64,000 nt of DNA from an uncultured Planctomycetaceae bacterium (GTDB lineage Bacteria; Planctomycetota; Planctomycetia; Pirellulales; PALSA-1355), in the NCBI GenBank assembly GCA_963785305.1, contig CAWAUV010000005.1, positions 608,001 through 672,000 of the forward strand, written 5' to 3'. The notes under the pieces were generated by a model. That model was not told the DNA's origin. It did not search any database and saw only the letters and a program-made list of their open reading frames with translations. The position numbers and the translations under genes were made by a program. Each line of letters starts with the position of its first letter. Position 1 is the first letter of the stretch. Shown here piece by piece: positions 53,092 to 64,000 of the stretch.

Positions 53092-54350
53092 ATGTTTGCC
53101 CGGAGCCGATCGCTTGGCGCCCGAGCTTGGGGACTTGCGATAGGCGCGTTCCTGGCGATCGGCTCGGCCGCGGCCTGCCCGTTTTGTGCTCCCGTGGGCG
53201 AGACATTTTCCGAGCGGCGCGAGGCGGCGAAGTATCTGGCCATTGTCGAGCGCGACGAGGCCGCGCGGGAGGGCGCCCACTGGCGGGTGGTGCAGGTAGT
53301 GCGCGGTCCGCGCGGCGATGGACAAGGGAAGGATTCGGAGCCGGCCGCGCTGCCGCCATTGCCGAGCCCCGCCGCTTCGGCGCCCGCCGGGCTCACGCTC
53401 GCGCTTGGCGCCGCCGATGACGCTATCGGCGGCGGCGAGACGATCGCCTGGAGCTTTACGCCGGCCAGCGAATTCGCGATCGGTTATGTGCTTCGCGCGC
53501 CCGACTTGCGAAAGCCCTCGGCCGAGCGGCTGCGATACTTCGCCCGCTATTTGGAACATGCCGATGCCCTCGTGGCCGAAGACGCCTTTCGCGAATTTGC
53601 CCGGGCCGGTTTCGATGACGTGTTCGCCGCTCGCGATGCGCTGCCGATGGAGCGGCTGCGGGAATACTTGGCCGACCCCGCGACTCCGGCCGCGCGGCGA
53701 GGCTTTTATGCGCTCGCCCTCGGCATGACGAGCGAGCCGGGCGAGCGCGAGAAGAATCGCGAACTGCTCCGAAAGTTGATTTTCAACGATGGCCACGAAA
53801 ACGCTCCCGGCGCCGACTTTCGGCCGGGCTTCGATGGCATCCTCGGCGGCTATTTGCTACTTGCCGGCCAGAAGGGGCTCGACGAAATCGTCTCGCGTTA
53901 TTTCGCCGCGCCCGACGCGCCGGTGATCGATGCCCGGCAAGCGCTCGCCGCGATCCGGTTTTATCATGAGCATGGCAGGGAGATACCGCCAGCGGCTCTA
54001 TGCGCAGCAGCGCGCGTGGCGGCGCAACGCCCGGCGCTGGCTGAAATGGCGATCATCGATCTGGCGCGCTGGAAAGATTGGGATTCACTCGACATGATTG
54101 TCCGATTCATGCCCGGGCCGAGCACGGACGTTGATTACCGGCCCGTCGCTCCCTTGCTTAGGGCGGTGGCCGGCTTCTTGCTGTTGTGCCCGCGGCCGCA
54201 GGCGGCCGAAGCGCTCGCCAAATTGCGTGCCCGCGATCCCCGAGCGGTCGCCGCGGCCGAAAAGATGCTTGGCGGCGCTCCGGCCGACGCGCAAGCCGGC
54301 CGAGTGAATCGATGCCGCCCGCGATTTTCACGCCTTTTTTTCGCCGAGCG
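53092..54350 (+). CDS. Paralogue of the CPFC-motif protein (3' end uncertain)
   Basis: Signal-ACPFC; ERLRYFARYLE...VAEDAFREFARA; IIDLARWKDW. Confidence 0.7.
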
Positions 54351-57300
54351 GGCGAATGGCCGCGATGAGCCGTTCGGCTTCTCTTCGCACCGCGGCCAGC
54401 GGCGCCGGGGCTTGGGAAAGATCGCCCGATTGACCGATCGCCTCGAGCCGCGAGGCGGCGGCCACGAGCGGCGCTGCGTCGAATACCAGGGCTCCGCCGC
54501 GCAACGTGCTGCGCCTCGCGCCGCACGCTGGCGCCATCGCCTTGGCGAAGCGCTTCGTCTAGAGCCGGCAGAATTCTCGCGGCGTCTTCGATAAAAAGCC
54601 GCGCCAGTTCGGCCAGCGTATGTGTATCGCCCCCGGCGTTGCGAATTGCCGCGTCGAGGTCGAACACATCCGAATCTCGCGGGGCCGAATCTCGCGGACC
54701 CACCGGGCCATCGTCGGGCGGAGTCGCCGCCGAGTGGCTCGCCCTCGGGGCCGTCTCCTCGCGCGCTGGAGATTCGTGGGCATGTTCGCCATGCAATGTC
54801 GGTTCGGCGAAGTGCCGCTCGACCGTGTCGAACAGCTCCCGAGCGCGGATCGGCTTCGAGAGATAGGCGTCCATGCCGGCTTCGAGGCAGCTTTCTCGGT
54901 CGCCTTTCATGGCATGGGCCGTCATGGCCACGATCGGCAAATGCCCGCCCGTGGCTTGCTCGCGCTGGCGAACGAGGGCCGTGGCTTCGATGCCGTCGAG
55001 CTCCGGCATCTGCACATCCATGAGCACGAGATCGAACTCGCCATCGTGGCTTGCCGCGGCGGCTTCGATGGCATCGATCGCTTCACGCCCGTTCGAGGCG
55101 ACGGTGACCGAGTGCCCCCAGCTCTTGAGCAACCCCATCGCGAGTCGCTGATTCACGAGACTATCCTCGGCGAGCAAAATACGGCGCGGGCGGCTGGCTC
55201 GCAGCTCCGTGGCATGCACGACCGCGAGCGATTCGGCGGGAGCGGCGCCGCGGAGGTTGCCGAGAATCGTGTCGAACAGCTCCGATTGCTTGAGCGGTTT
55301 GGTGAGATAGGCGGCAAAGCCGGCCGCCCGGCTTTGAGCCCGATACTCGGCTTGCACCGCCGACGAAATCATCATGAGCGTCGTCTTGCGCAGCGCGGGA
55401 TCATCGCGAATCCGCTGGGCGAGCGAAAAACCGTCCATGTCGGGCATCATGCAATCGACGAACGCGAGCCGATAGGGTTGGTCGTTTTCGGCGGCGGCGC
55501 GCATCGCGCCGAGCGCGGCCGCGCCTCCCTCGACAGCCGTGGGCGCGAGGCCCCAGCGCTGGAGCAATTCGCAGAGAATGCGGCGATTGGTCCCATTGTC
55601 GTCGACCACGAGCACCGGCAGACCGCTGAGCTCGACCCCCGCGGCCGGGCGCCGGCGCTCCGCGCCACTCTGGAGACCAAGCCGCGCGGTGAAATGAAAA
55701 GTGCTCCCCTGGCCGACGACGCTCTCGACCCAAATGCCGCCGCCCATGAGCGAGGTGAGTTGACGCGCGATCGCAAGGCCCAGGCCGGTGCCGCCGTGTT
55801 TGCGAGTCGTCGAGCTATCCGCCTGGGTAAAGGGCTGGAAGAGCTGCGGTAGTTTCTCACTGGCGATGCCGATGCCGCTGTCGCTCACGGCGAAATGAAT
55901 CCAGGCTTCGAGCTCGGCGCGCGATTCGACGCTCACATGCACCACGACCTCGCCCCGCTCCGTGAATTTGATCGCGTTGCCCACCAGATTCAGAAGTATC
56001 TGCCGCAATCGCCCGGCGTCGCCCACCACAGTCGTGGGCACATCGGCCATCATGTCCGCGGCGAGGTCGAGCCCCTTGGCATGCGCGCGGAGGGCGAGCG
56101 AGCGCATCGTGTCGTCGAGATGGTCGCCCAGGTCGAACGGCGTGGGGTCGAGCTCAAGCTTGCCGGCTTCGATCTTCGAGAAGTCGAGAATATCGTTTAA
56201 GAGGGCGAGCAGCGCTTCGGCCGAGAGCTTGACCATGCTCAGATATTCTCGCTGCTCGGGCGTGAGATCGGTGTCGAGCGCGAGCTCGGTCATGCCGATC
56301 ACGCCGTTCATGGGAGTGCGAATTTCGTGGCTCATGTTGGCCAGAAATTCGCTCTTCGCGCGATTGGCGGCTTCGGCCGCGAGCCTGGCCTGATGCAGCT
56401 CGGCCGCGGCTAGTTTGCGGGCCGTGATATCGCGGAGAAACGCGCCAAACAGCCACGAAGCGCCGAGTCGAATGGGCGAGATCGTGAGCTCGGCGTCGAA
56501 CTCGCGCCCGTCGCGCGCCAGGGCCGTCACTTCAATGCGATTTCTCAGCACCGGGCCTTCGCCGGTTTCGAGAAATCGCTTGAGTCCTTCCCGATGCGCG
56601 GCGCGCATCGCGGGCGGGATCAAGAGATCGGCCAGCGGCCGGCCCAAGGCTTGATCCCGCGACCAGCCGAAAGTGAGCTCGGCTTGCCGGTTCCATTCGA
56701 CGATCTCGCCCTCGGAGTTCATGCCCACGAAGGCGTCGTAGGCGGTGTTGATAATGGCGCCCGAACGTTCCTCGCTCGCGCGCAGCGCTTGTTCGGCGGC
56801 GCGATTTCGCAGTTCCATGCGATCGAGCGCCCGGCGTTCCACAAGATGAGCCCGGCGAAGACGAGCACATTGGCCAGGGCGAACATTGCCATGCCAAACG
56901 GCCGATCGACAAGTCCGCCGCGCTCGAACATCAGATCAAGCCAGCCGATCGCCACCGGAGTGAGGATCGCCGCCGGAAGCAATCGCCGCACCGTGACGCT
57001 GCCCGCGCCGTCGCCAGCAAGATAGCGCATGAGCCCAACCTCGGGCCGCGCAAAACATTCCGGCCGGCAGCACAAACAGCACGATCGCCGTGTTGAGCGC
57101 CATGGGGATCGTGTTGCTCGCGCGATAGAAAGGCATTGCGTGATACGAGTAGCCCAGGAGCGCGAGCAGCGCCACGGCCGCCGCGACCGAAGCGAAACCG
57201 TGGCCCGCGCAGTGCGCGAGGCGACTCTCGCGATCCCAAGTGAGCAGTCCGGCGCCCAGAAACAGCAGCGAAAAGCCGGTGTTAAGCGCGACGCGATTTT

Positions 57301-57658
57301 CGCCGAGCTTCGCGCGAAAGAGCAGTTGATCGAGGCCCGGATTGCGGCCCAGCGCGAAGCCGCCGAGCGTGGTGATCCCGACGGCGACAACGAAAATCGC
57401 GCAGCCGCTCGCCGCGAGATGCTTGCCCCGCGTCACCGGCGCCGAAGGCCGCCAAGCAAGCGCGACGCCCGCCGCGATGACCGACAGCGCGGTGAGCGGA
57501 TTCATCGCCACAAGGCCGTGAACGACGCCGCGCAGCAGTTCGACGTCGAGCAGCCAGCCAACCAGCACGCCGACGCCCGCCGCTGTTGCAACCCCGGCGG
57601 TCCAGCGCGCGAGCCGGCTGAACCAGACGAGACGTCGCTCTTGGACGGGAGTGCTCAT
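54328..57658 (-). CDS. Hybrid sensor histidine kinase (multi-TM sensor, PAS, HisKA, HATPase, 2 REC, Hpt; indels)
   Basis: FLANMSHEIRTPMNG, NLVGNAIKFT, GGTGLGL, VDCMMP and MDVQMP receivers, Hpt tail. Confidence 0.93.
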
Positions 57659-57716
57659 GCGATCATGATAGCACGGCGCGAGCGCCCCTAAACATGGCCG
57701 CTTGACGGCGCCAAAC

Positions 57717-58436
57717 TCAAACGCGCCGCCGGGCAAGCGCGAGGGCGCCAAACACCGCGATTCCCGATATCGCGGCAAGAGACAAAGCGCTCGGCTCGGG
57801 AACAAGCACGGCGATCGAGCCATTGATGAGCGATGTCACCGGTGTTTGCGGCGAATAGGAACCGTTCAGTTCGACAAATGCCGGAAATTGCCCGATACCA
57901 GTGTTCGCGGTCGCGGCGGAGAGGATCGTGATCGGATCGGGCGATGTGGTTATATAATTCGCGGCGACCTGGTACTCGATGCGAAGCAATCCCAGCGGGG
58001 CGGACGACAATGTCGGCCCCGCGGCGACCGGACTGATTTCGTCTTGACTAAAGGCTTCGTAAGGCAAGGACAACCCGGCCGGGGCGCCGGTTTGAATGTT
58101 ACTCGACTGGCTCGAAGTATACGGATACGAGGCAAATGGGCTCGAAAGATTCGTGGAATAATCGGCGCCGATAATCTGAATGCCGGATTGGGCGCTGTTG
58201 AGGGTCACATCCACGCCGAAGCCGGTCAGGGTGTCGGCCGACGTGGTGACGTTTTCCGTGACCAGCACATCGAAGTAGCCGATCTGCGGGGAACTGGACT
58301 GGCTCAAGGTGATGGTAGGCGCCGAAAACGTGATCGTGTTGGCAATCGCGCTCGAAGCCAGACATAGTCCCACGAATGCCGCCAGCGCAAAAGCGCGGTA
58401 AGGAAGCGCGGCTGTATTCGCGAATGCGTGGGGCAT
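57717..58436 (-). CDS. PEP-CTERM surface protein
   Basis: Signal peptide; VPEPS + TM + RRRV. Confidence 0.9.
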   Translation of the reverse strand: MPHAFANTAALPYRAFALAAFVGLCLASSAIANTITFSAPTITLSQSSSPQIGYFDVLVTENVTTSADTLTGFGVDVTLNSAQSGIQIIGADYSTNLSSPFASYPYTSSQSSNIQTGAPAGLSLPYEAFSQDEISPVAAGPTLSSAPLGLLRIEYQVAANYITTSPDPITILSAATANTGIGQFPAFVELNGSYSPQTPVTSLINGSIAVLVPEPSALSLAAISGIAVFGALALARRRV

Positions 58437-58470
58437 GGTTCGCTGGCCTGGGGGATCTGAACGAACGAAA

Positions 58471-61400
58471 TCAAAGGAAATCAGCGTCGCTATTATAGTT
58501 TGGGTTGCCTTCGCGCCATAGTCGTCTCCGAGCGAAAATTCGCGGCGGAGCGATCGGCGACCGCGATGTTGATCGAGTCAAAACCAAAGTTCGTGAGCGC
58601 CTCGTCGATTGCGGCATGCGCGCAATACCGCCCAGTAATCGCAAACTGCCGGCCGCCGAGTCGAACCGCGTATCGGTTGAATGCGCGGCGCCGATTGAAG
58701 CGAATATCCGATCCGTGGGAATCGCCGTCAGGATCGCGCTCGGCGGTGATGCGGTGGCGGACACGGTGGCGGGCACGCTATTCAGCGCGTCGAATGCGTT
58801 GGTCTGATGTTCGGAGTTCAAGAAGTCCGGCGCCGGCCGCGATGGGGCGCCAATCGCCGTGGCGATGTTCGAACTCGGGCCGAGATTTGTCCCGGCGATG
58901 CTTGGTCCATCGGAGGCGGGCATATTGGTCGGCGACGCGGTCGTGCTAGCCGACGCGCTTGGGGGCGATATTGCGATCGCCGACGCCCCGCCGCCCGATT
59001 CTCCGCCCGATGTCGCTAGGTACATCGCCTCGGAGCCATCGGCGGCGAGAATCACAACCGCCGAGAACGCGCCGCCGCTCGCGGCAGATGGCGGCGAGGC
59101 GCCGGCGGACGAAGTGGTCGTCGACGCTGGGGCGCCCGCGCTAAGCGATGAGCCAGAAATCGGAGTCGATTGCGGCGGCGCGAGGGCGGGCTCGATCGGC
59201 GCCATCGCGTTCAATCGCTGATTATTGTCGCCGGCGTCGGCGTTGATCTCCGCGAGATTGATCGCCCCGGAGCCGAAGATGTCGGCATAAGCACTGTAGT
59301 TCGGGCTGCTCGCTCGGGTGTTGTTCAGCGATCTGATCGTGTTAACGTCGGTGAGCGAAACGCTATTGGACCGAGTCACGGCGCCGGGAAGAATATTGAA
59401 AAAGAACTCGAAATTGCTTCCTGCGGCGCCGGTTCCCGAACCGGTGGTGAATGTGCTCGTTCCTGTGGTCCAGGCGCCGTCGAGCTGGGCGCCGTGCGCG
59501 TCGGTCACCGCGGCGGCGTCGATCGCGATCAAGTAACTGTTGTTCGTCAGCGGCGCTGAGAGCGACAAGGAGTAGGTATTATTTCCTAAAGCCGTCACGC
59601 CGGTCACGGTCGGCGTCGTACCGCCCGCGCCGCCCACAAGCTGCAGGGCATTGGCGGTGAGAGCGACCGGCTCGTTGAACTGTATCTCGATCGTGTCGAT
59701 ATTCGTCCAGGGAAGAACTGTCGTTTGACTCGAAACTGTTTGAAGGGCGAAGCCGAGCGCGGAATCGCTGGCGCTGCCTAAACCAGATGTCGAGAGATAG
59801 GTTGTAAACGTGCTCGTCCAACTTGTGCTGGTGACGAATGCGCCCGAGACTTCCGCCGGGGTGTCGATATCGACCGTCTTCGAGGCGGTGTTGCTGGTTT
59901 GCGCGCCATCGGTCACGGAGAATGTGATCGTGCGACTTCCGACAGGCGCCGAGATCGATCCGCCGGGCGCGACCGTGCGCTCATAAGAGTAACCGATTGG
60001 AGCGCTGCCTGAAATTGGGCCGCCGTGGCAGCTCCGCCAACAATCGAGAGCACTCCGGTCGCGGCATTATACGAACTGCTCACGACGCCGTCTTCGGTCG
60101 AGCCTAATGCGAGTGTATCGCCGGTCTGGAGACCCGCGGAAATGCTCACTAGCGAGCTCAAGGTCGGGGTCGTGGCTTCGTCGGAGAGCGCGATTCCGGC
60201 GTCGATCGCCGTGGCCCAGCCGGCCGTGGCGGTCGTAGCGCCCGAACTCGTGGTGACCACCGGTGGCGGTGGAAGCACATTCACGGTGAAGTTCTGGCTC
60301 GACGTGGTTTGCACGCCGCCCGAGCCGCCGTTGTCGGTGAGCGTCACCGTGATCACGGCGCTGCCGAACTCGTGGGCCGCGGGAGTGTAGCTGAGCGAGC
60401 CGGTCGAGTTGGGGCTCGTGTAGCTCACGGTGGGATTCGGAATGAGGCTCGGGTTGCTGCTCGTGGCGGTGAGTGTCAAGGTCTCGCCGGTTTCGTTCGT
60501 CGAGCCGGGCTCGACGCCGGTGAGATTGATCGTTTGCTTGCCGGCGTTCTCGGGAATCGCGGGCGGATTGGCTATCGTCGCGAAGGCGGGCGACATGCTC
60601 GCGGTGAGAATATAGTCGCCCGAGGTCGGCTGGGCGGTGGAAGAAGCGGCCACGACTTGCAAATAGTATGTGCCCGAGGCGCCGGCCGGAACGGCATAGT
60701 CGAGAATCGCGTTGATGCTATCGGACGCATTGTTCTCGGCCGAAGCCACCAGGGTTCCCAAAGCATTGTAGAGCAGCAGTTCGGGCACGAGCGCATTGTT
60801 CGGCTCGCCGCCGCCGGCGCCGGGCGTGGCGGTCGAGGCCGTGAGCGTGGCGCCGGCGTTGAGCGTGAGGCTGTAGGTGGGCGAAGGAGCGCCGACGATC
60901 GACACCGTGTCGAAATATGTATCGGTGTCTTCCGACTGGAAGGCGATGCCGCCTGCCGTGATCGCGTTGTCGGTGGCCGAGACACTGCTATCCAGAGTGC
61001 CCGTGGTCGAATAGAGGTTCGCGGTGATATTACCGCCGAATCCCCAGGTGATATCGAGTTGATACCAGGTGCTGGGCGTCCAGGTGTAGCTACTTTCGGC
61101 GATCACCAAGCCACCGAAGCCGGTGTTGTCTTCCAGCGCGAAGTCGTTATAAATGCCGCCACTGCCATTGCCGCCGGCCATGACGACCGACATGGTTCCC
61201 GCGCTCGAGGCGCCGAAGCCGAACCAAGCGATGCCGTTTTCGATATCGGAACCAGCTTGGAACCACAGCGAAATTTGGTCGCCCTGGGCCACTTGCGCGG
61301 CCGCGTCGTCGCGATAAATCCACTGCGTGTATTCGCCGGTATCGAGGCCATAGGCGCTGCCGTTGTAGGCGGCGGCTGTCGTGACTTGCGCCGTCGAGAT

Positions 61401-64000
61401 ACCGGTGAACGCGTAAGCCGCCAGCGAACCGCTTTGGAAATTCTCGACATTCACGGCGCTTTGAACCTGGCCAAGCGCCGTCTTCACTCCGCCCTGGCTG
61501 GCGCTCGACAGCGGCTGTGCCGTGGCGATCGTGTTGTTGTTCAAATTGTCGAGCTCGGCGTTGCGAGTCACGACGAGCGTGTAACTGGTCAAGGCCGAGG
61601 CGCCATAAAGTTCGATATAATAGACGCCGGACGTGCTCATGACCTGATCCGTGATCGTGGGCGTTTGCCCGGCGGCGGCCGATGCCTGCAATACGCTCGA
61701 GGAGTTGTACAGCGAGAGGGCAATGTTCGAGGCGCCATCGAGATCGGCCGCCGAGAGCGTCACCGAGTCCCCGGCCGCGAGCGTGATGCTGTACCAATCG
61801 CTCAAGTCGGGCGACGCGGAGTTCAGGGCGCCGAGCACCGCGGTGCGCGAAGCATTGTTGCCCAAGCTCTCCACGCTCGACGTCAGACTCTCGGCCGCCG
61901 CCAGCGAGCCGGGCGAAGCGCCGCCGAAAAGGTCGCTCTGAATCGCCGCGTTCAAAATCGCCACGGCCTGAAAGGCCCCGGTCGAACCGCCGACTCCGCT
62001 GATCGTGATCGTGTACTGGCCGGTCGTGGGAATCGCCACGGTTTGCAGCAAGATCGAATTACCGGCCGCGGTTGACGAGACCGATCCGACTGTGCTGCCG
62101 CTGGGACCGGTGAGCGTGAGCCCGACTTGCAGGTTCGCATCGGTCGACACGCCAAGGCTGAGTGTCTGGCCCGCGTCGAGCGAGAGCGTGAACACATCGG
62201 TGTTGCCCGCGGAATTGATGAGGCCCGAGGTTTCGGCGCCATATTCCAGCGAGCCGTTGGGGGAAAGACCGACCAAGGTGGGAAAGGCGACCGGGCCGGG
62301 ATAGTCGAGGCTCAAATCGCCGGAGTATGCGGCCACGGGGTCGCCGTAGGCATCGGTCACGGCGCCTTTATTGATGGTAATGGTCAGTATCTGTTCGGTG
62401 GTGATGCCGCTGAGCGTGTACTGGACCGTGGTCGAGTTCACTTGGCTATAGCCGGTGACGGTTCCGGCGCTGAGCACAAGGTTTCCCACTCCGAGCGTGC
62501 TGGCGTCGACGGCCGTGCTGAACTGCACAACGATACTCGTGACCGGCAGCGAAACGACCGAGCCATTGGCCGGCGTGATCGAGGTTACCGTGAGCGCCGT
62601 GGCGCTGAAATAAAACGTATTTGTGTAGGCGTACACCGAATCGGCGCCGGTGGCCGAAGTGACCGAGCCGGCCGCGATCGCCATGGTTTGCGTGCCTGGA
62701 CTCGTCACCGGGCTCGTGGCGAAGGTGTAGGTCACGCTGCCCCCGCTCACGGCGGCGCTCGTGGCGGCGATGCCGTTGACCATGAAGCCCGCGGCCGAGG
62801 CGGAGCCCACGGTGTTGTCGAATGTGAACATGAAGCTCGTCGGCGGAGTGTTCACGGCGCCGCCGGCTTGGGGAGTGGCCGATGTGACGGCCAGCGCCGC
62901 TAGGTCGGGCACGAGCTGGTTGGCCACCGGCGAGCCGAGGCCAGTTACGAGGTCATAGCCCGGGGCGGCGGCAAAGCCATTGTTGCCGGTCGTGATATCG
63001 TGGAAGTTCGAAGCGGGCAAGTTGTAGAGGGCTGGCAGCGTTTGACTGGCGCCATTGAGCGACGGCAAGCCGTCGATGCCCGGCCTTGATTCGCGATCGC
63101 CACGAGCCCCGCCCACGAGGGCGACGAAAGGCTGGTGCCGCCGACGATGTAATATCCGCCGCCACCGCTGGCGTCGGTGTCATACACATAGACTCCCGTG
63201 TTGGGGTCGGCGTCGAACGAGACATCGGGAATCGCGCGGTTCGTGGTGCTTTGCGTGACCACGCCGTTTTGATACGTCGGCTGCGATTCAATCGTGCTCA
63301 CGCCGCCGCCGCCATCGCTCCAGCCGCTTTCGGCGCCATAGTCGCCGGCCGAGTCCGAGACTTGCAAGGTAGTGCCGCCCACGGCGACCACATTCGGCGA
63401 ATAAGCGGGCCACTCGCCCGGCGCGGCGCTATCTCCGGTCGAAGCCAAAAAGGTCACTCCGGCATGGCCCGACGGAGTAGTGAAATCCGCATTGTTGCTC
63501 AAGTTGGCGCTGGATTCGCTTTCGCCCCAACTCATCGACACGACCGACACGCCCGACAGCTCGGCGGCGGTGCTCACGGCGGTCAGCAGATCGGTGTCGG
63601 AATCCGAATTGGCCTCGACCAGCACGATGTTCGCCCCGGCGCGATCGCATGCGCGTACTCCACATCGAGCGATTCCTCGAGTTCCCAGCCATAGGTCGGA
63701 TCGCCGCTCGGAAGGCCGGTGGTCGAGCCATGTTGATTCACGACCTTGAAGCTCGGTGGCGCGGCGATGCCGAATTCAGTATCGAAAGTGGCCAGATTGC
63801 TCGCGATATTCGGATCGCCGTATGCGTCGACGATGGCGATCGTTTGCCCCGCGCCGAGCGCCGCGCCGCCGAGCGAGGAAAACGTGATCTGATTCACGCC
63901 ATAGGCGGTCGCCAACTGCGAAGGTTCGAGCACCGAATCGCTATAGGTCGTGTTCGGCGCGGCCGAGGGGACCGTGAGTCGCGCAGCGCGGCCGCCGGCG
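58471..64000 (-). CDS. Giant secreted protein: S53 (sedolisin-type) peptidase, PPC/Ig-like repeats, dockerin-like C-term (partial, indels)
   Basis: GQTIAIVDAY, EESLDVE, STGDS, PDVSFDADP.TG, GGTSLSSP, GYDLVTGLGSP; PPC-like repeats (D.F...L.AG..L); LPG.V...+...D...Y...ADI.GSG.I. Confidence 0.85.

Noticed and set aside
3900..64000. Widespread pseudogenisation or programmed frameshifting (RT, integrase, miaA, DnaJ-class gene, lipA, kinases, protease)
   Set aside because: Indels hit housekeeping and accessory genes alike and I saw no accompanying nonsense decay. Uncorrected long-read error is the simpler explanation.

Overview
GC-rich bacterial DNA whose gene content suggests a planctomycete (inferred, not searched). 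It has many single-base indels that split even housekeeping genes, most likely long-read assembly error. Positions 1-15170 are a genomic island integrated at tRNA-Leu(CAA), almost all on the minus strand. From the tRNA leftwards it encodes a tyrosine integrase, a family-A DNA polymerase homologue lacking its catalytic residues, an excisionase-like HTH protein and an SF2-helicase-like protein lacking Walker motifs. Next come a ~400-nt highly structured non-coding region, a group-II-like reverse transcriptase (YADD) with no intron 3' end, several hypothetical genes and an IS remnant. The island's left end holds a divergent type I-C-like CRISPR module: a truncated cas3 HD fragment, one I-C repeat, cas5, and a Cas8c-like ORF missing from the ORF track. 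The spacer after that repeat partially matches a TTC-flanked site ~120 bp upstream. The rest is chromosomal: a polysaccharide cluster, yraN-miaA, tandem near-identical DUF4139 genes, rnpA/yidD, a DnaJ-class gene, two Ser/Thr kinase-like genes, a Glu/Leu dehydrogenase, sugar ABC genes, lipA and smpB. It ends with a His-rich ABC/DUF3299 operon, a hybrid histidine kinase, a PEP-CTERM protein and a giant S53 protease. The top candidates for an undescribed system are the ncRNA+RT module with dead PolA/helicase partners, and the self-targeting mini-CRISPR.
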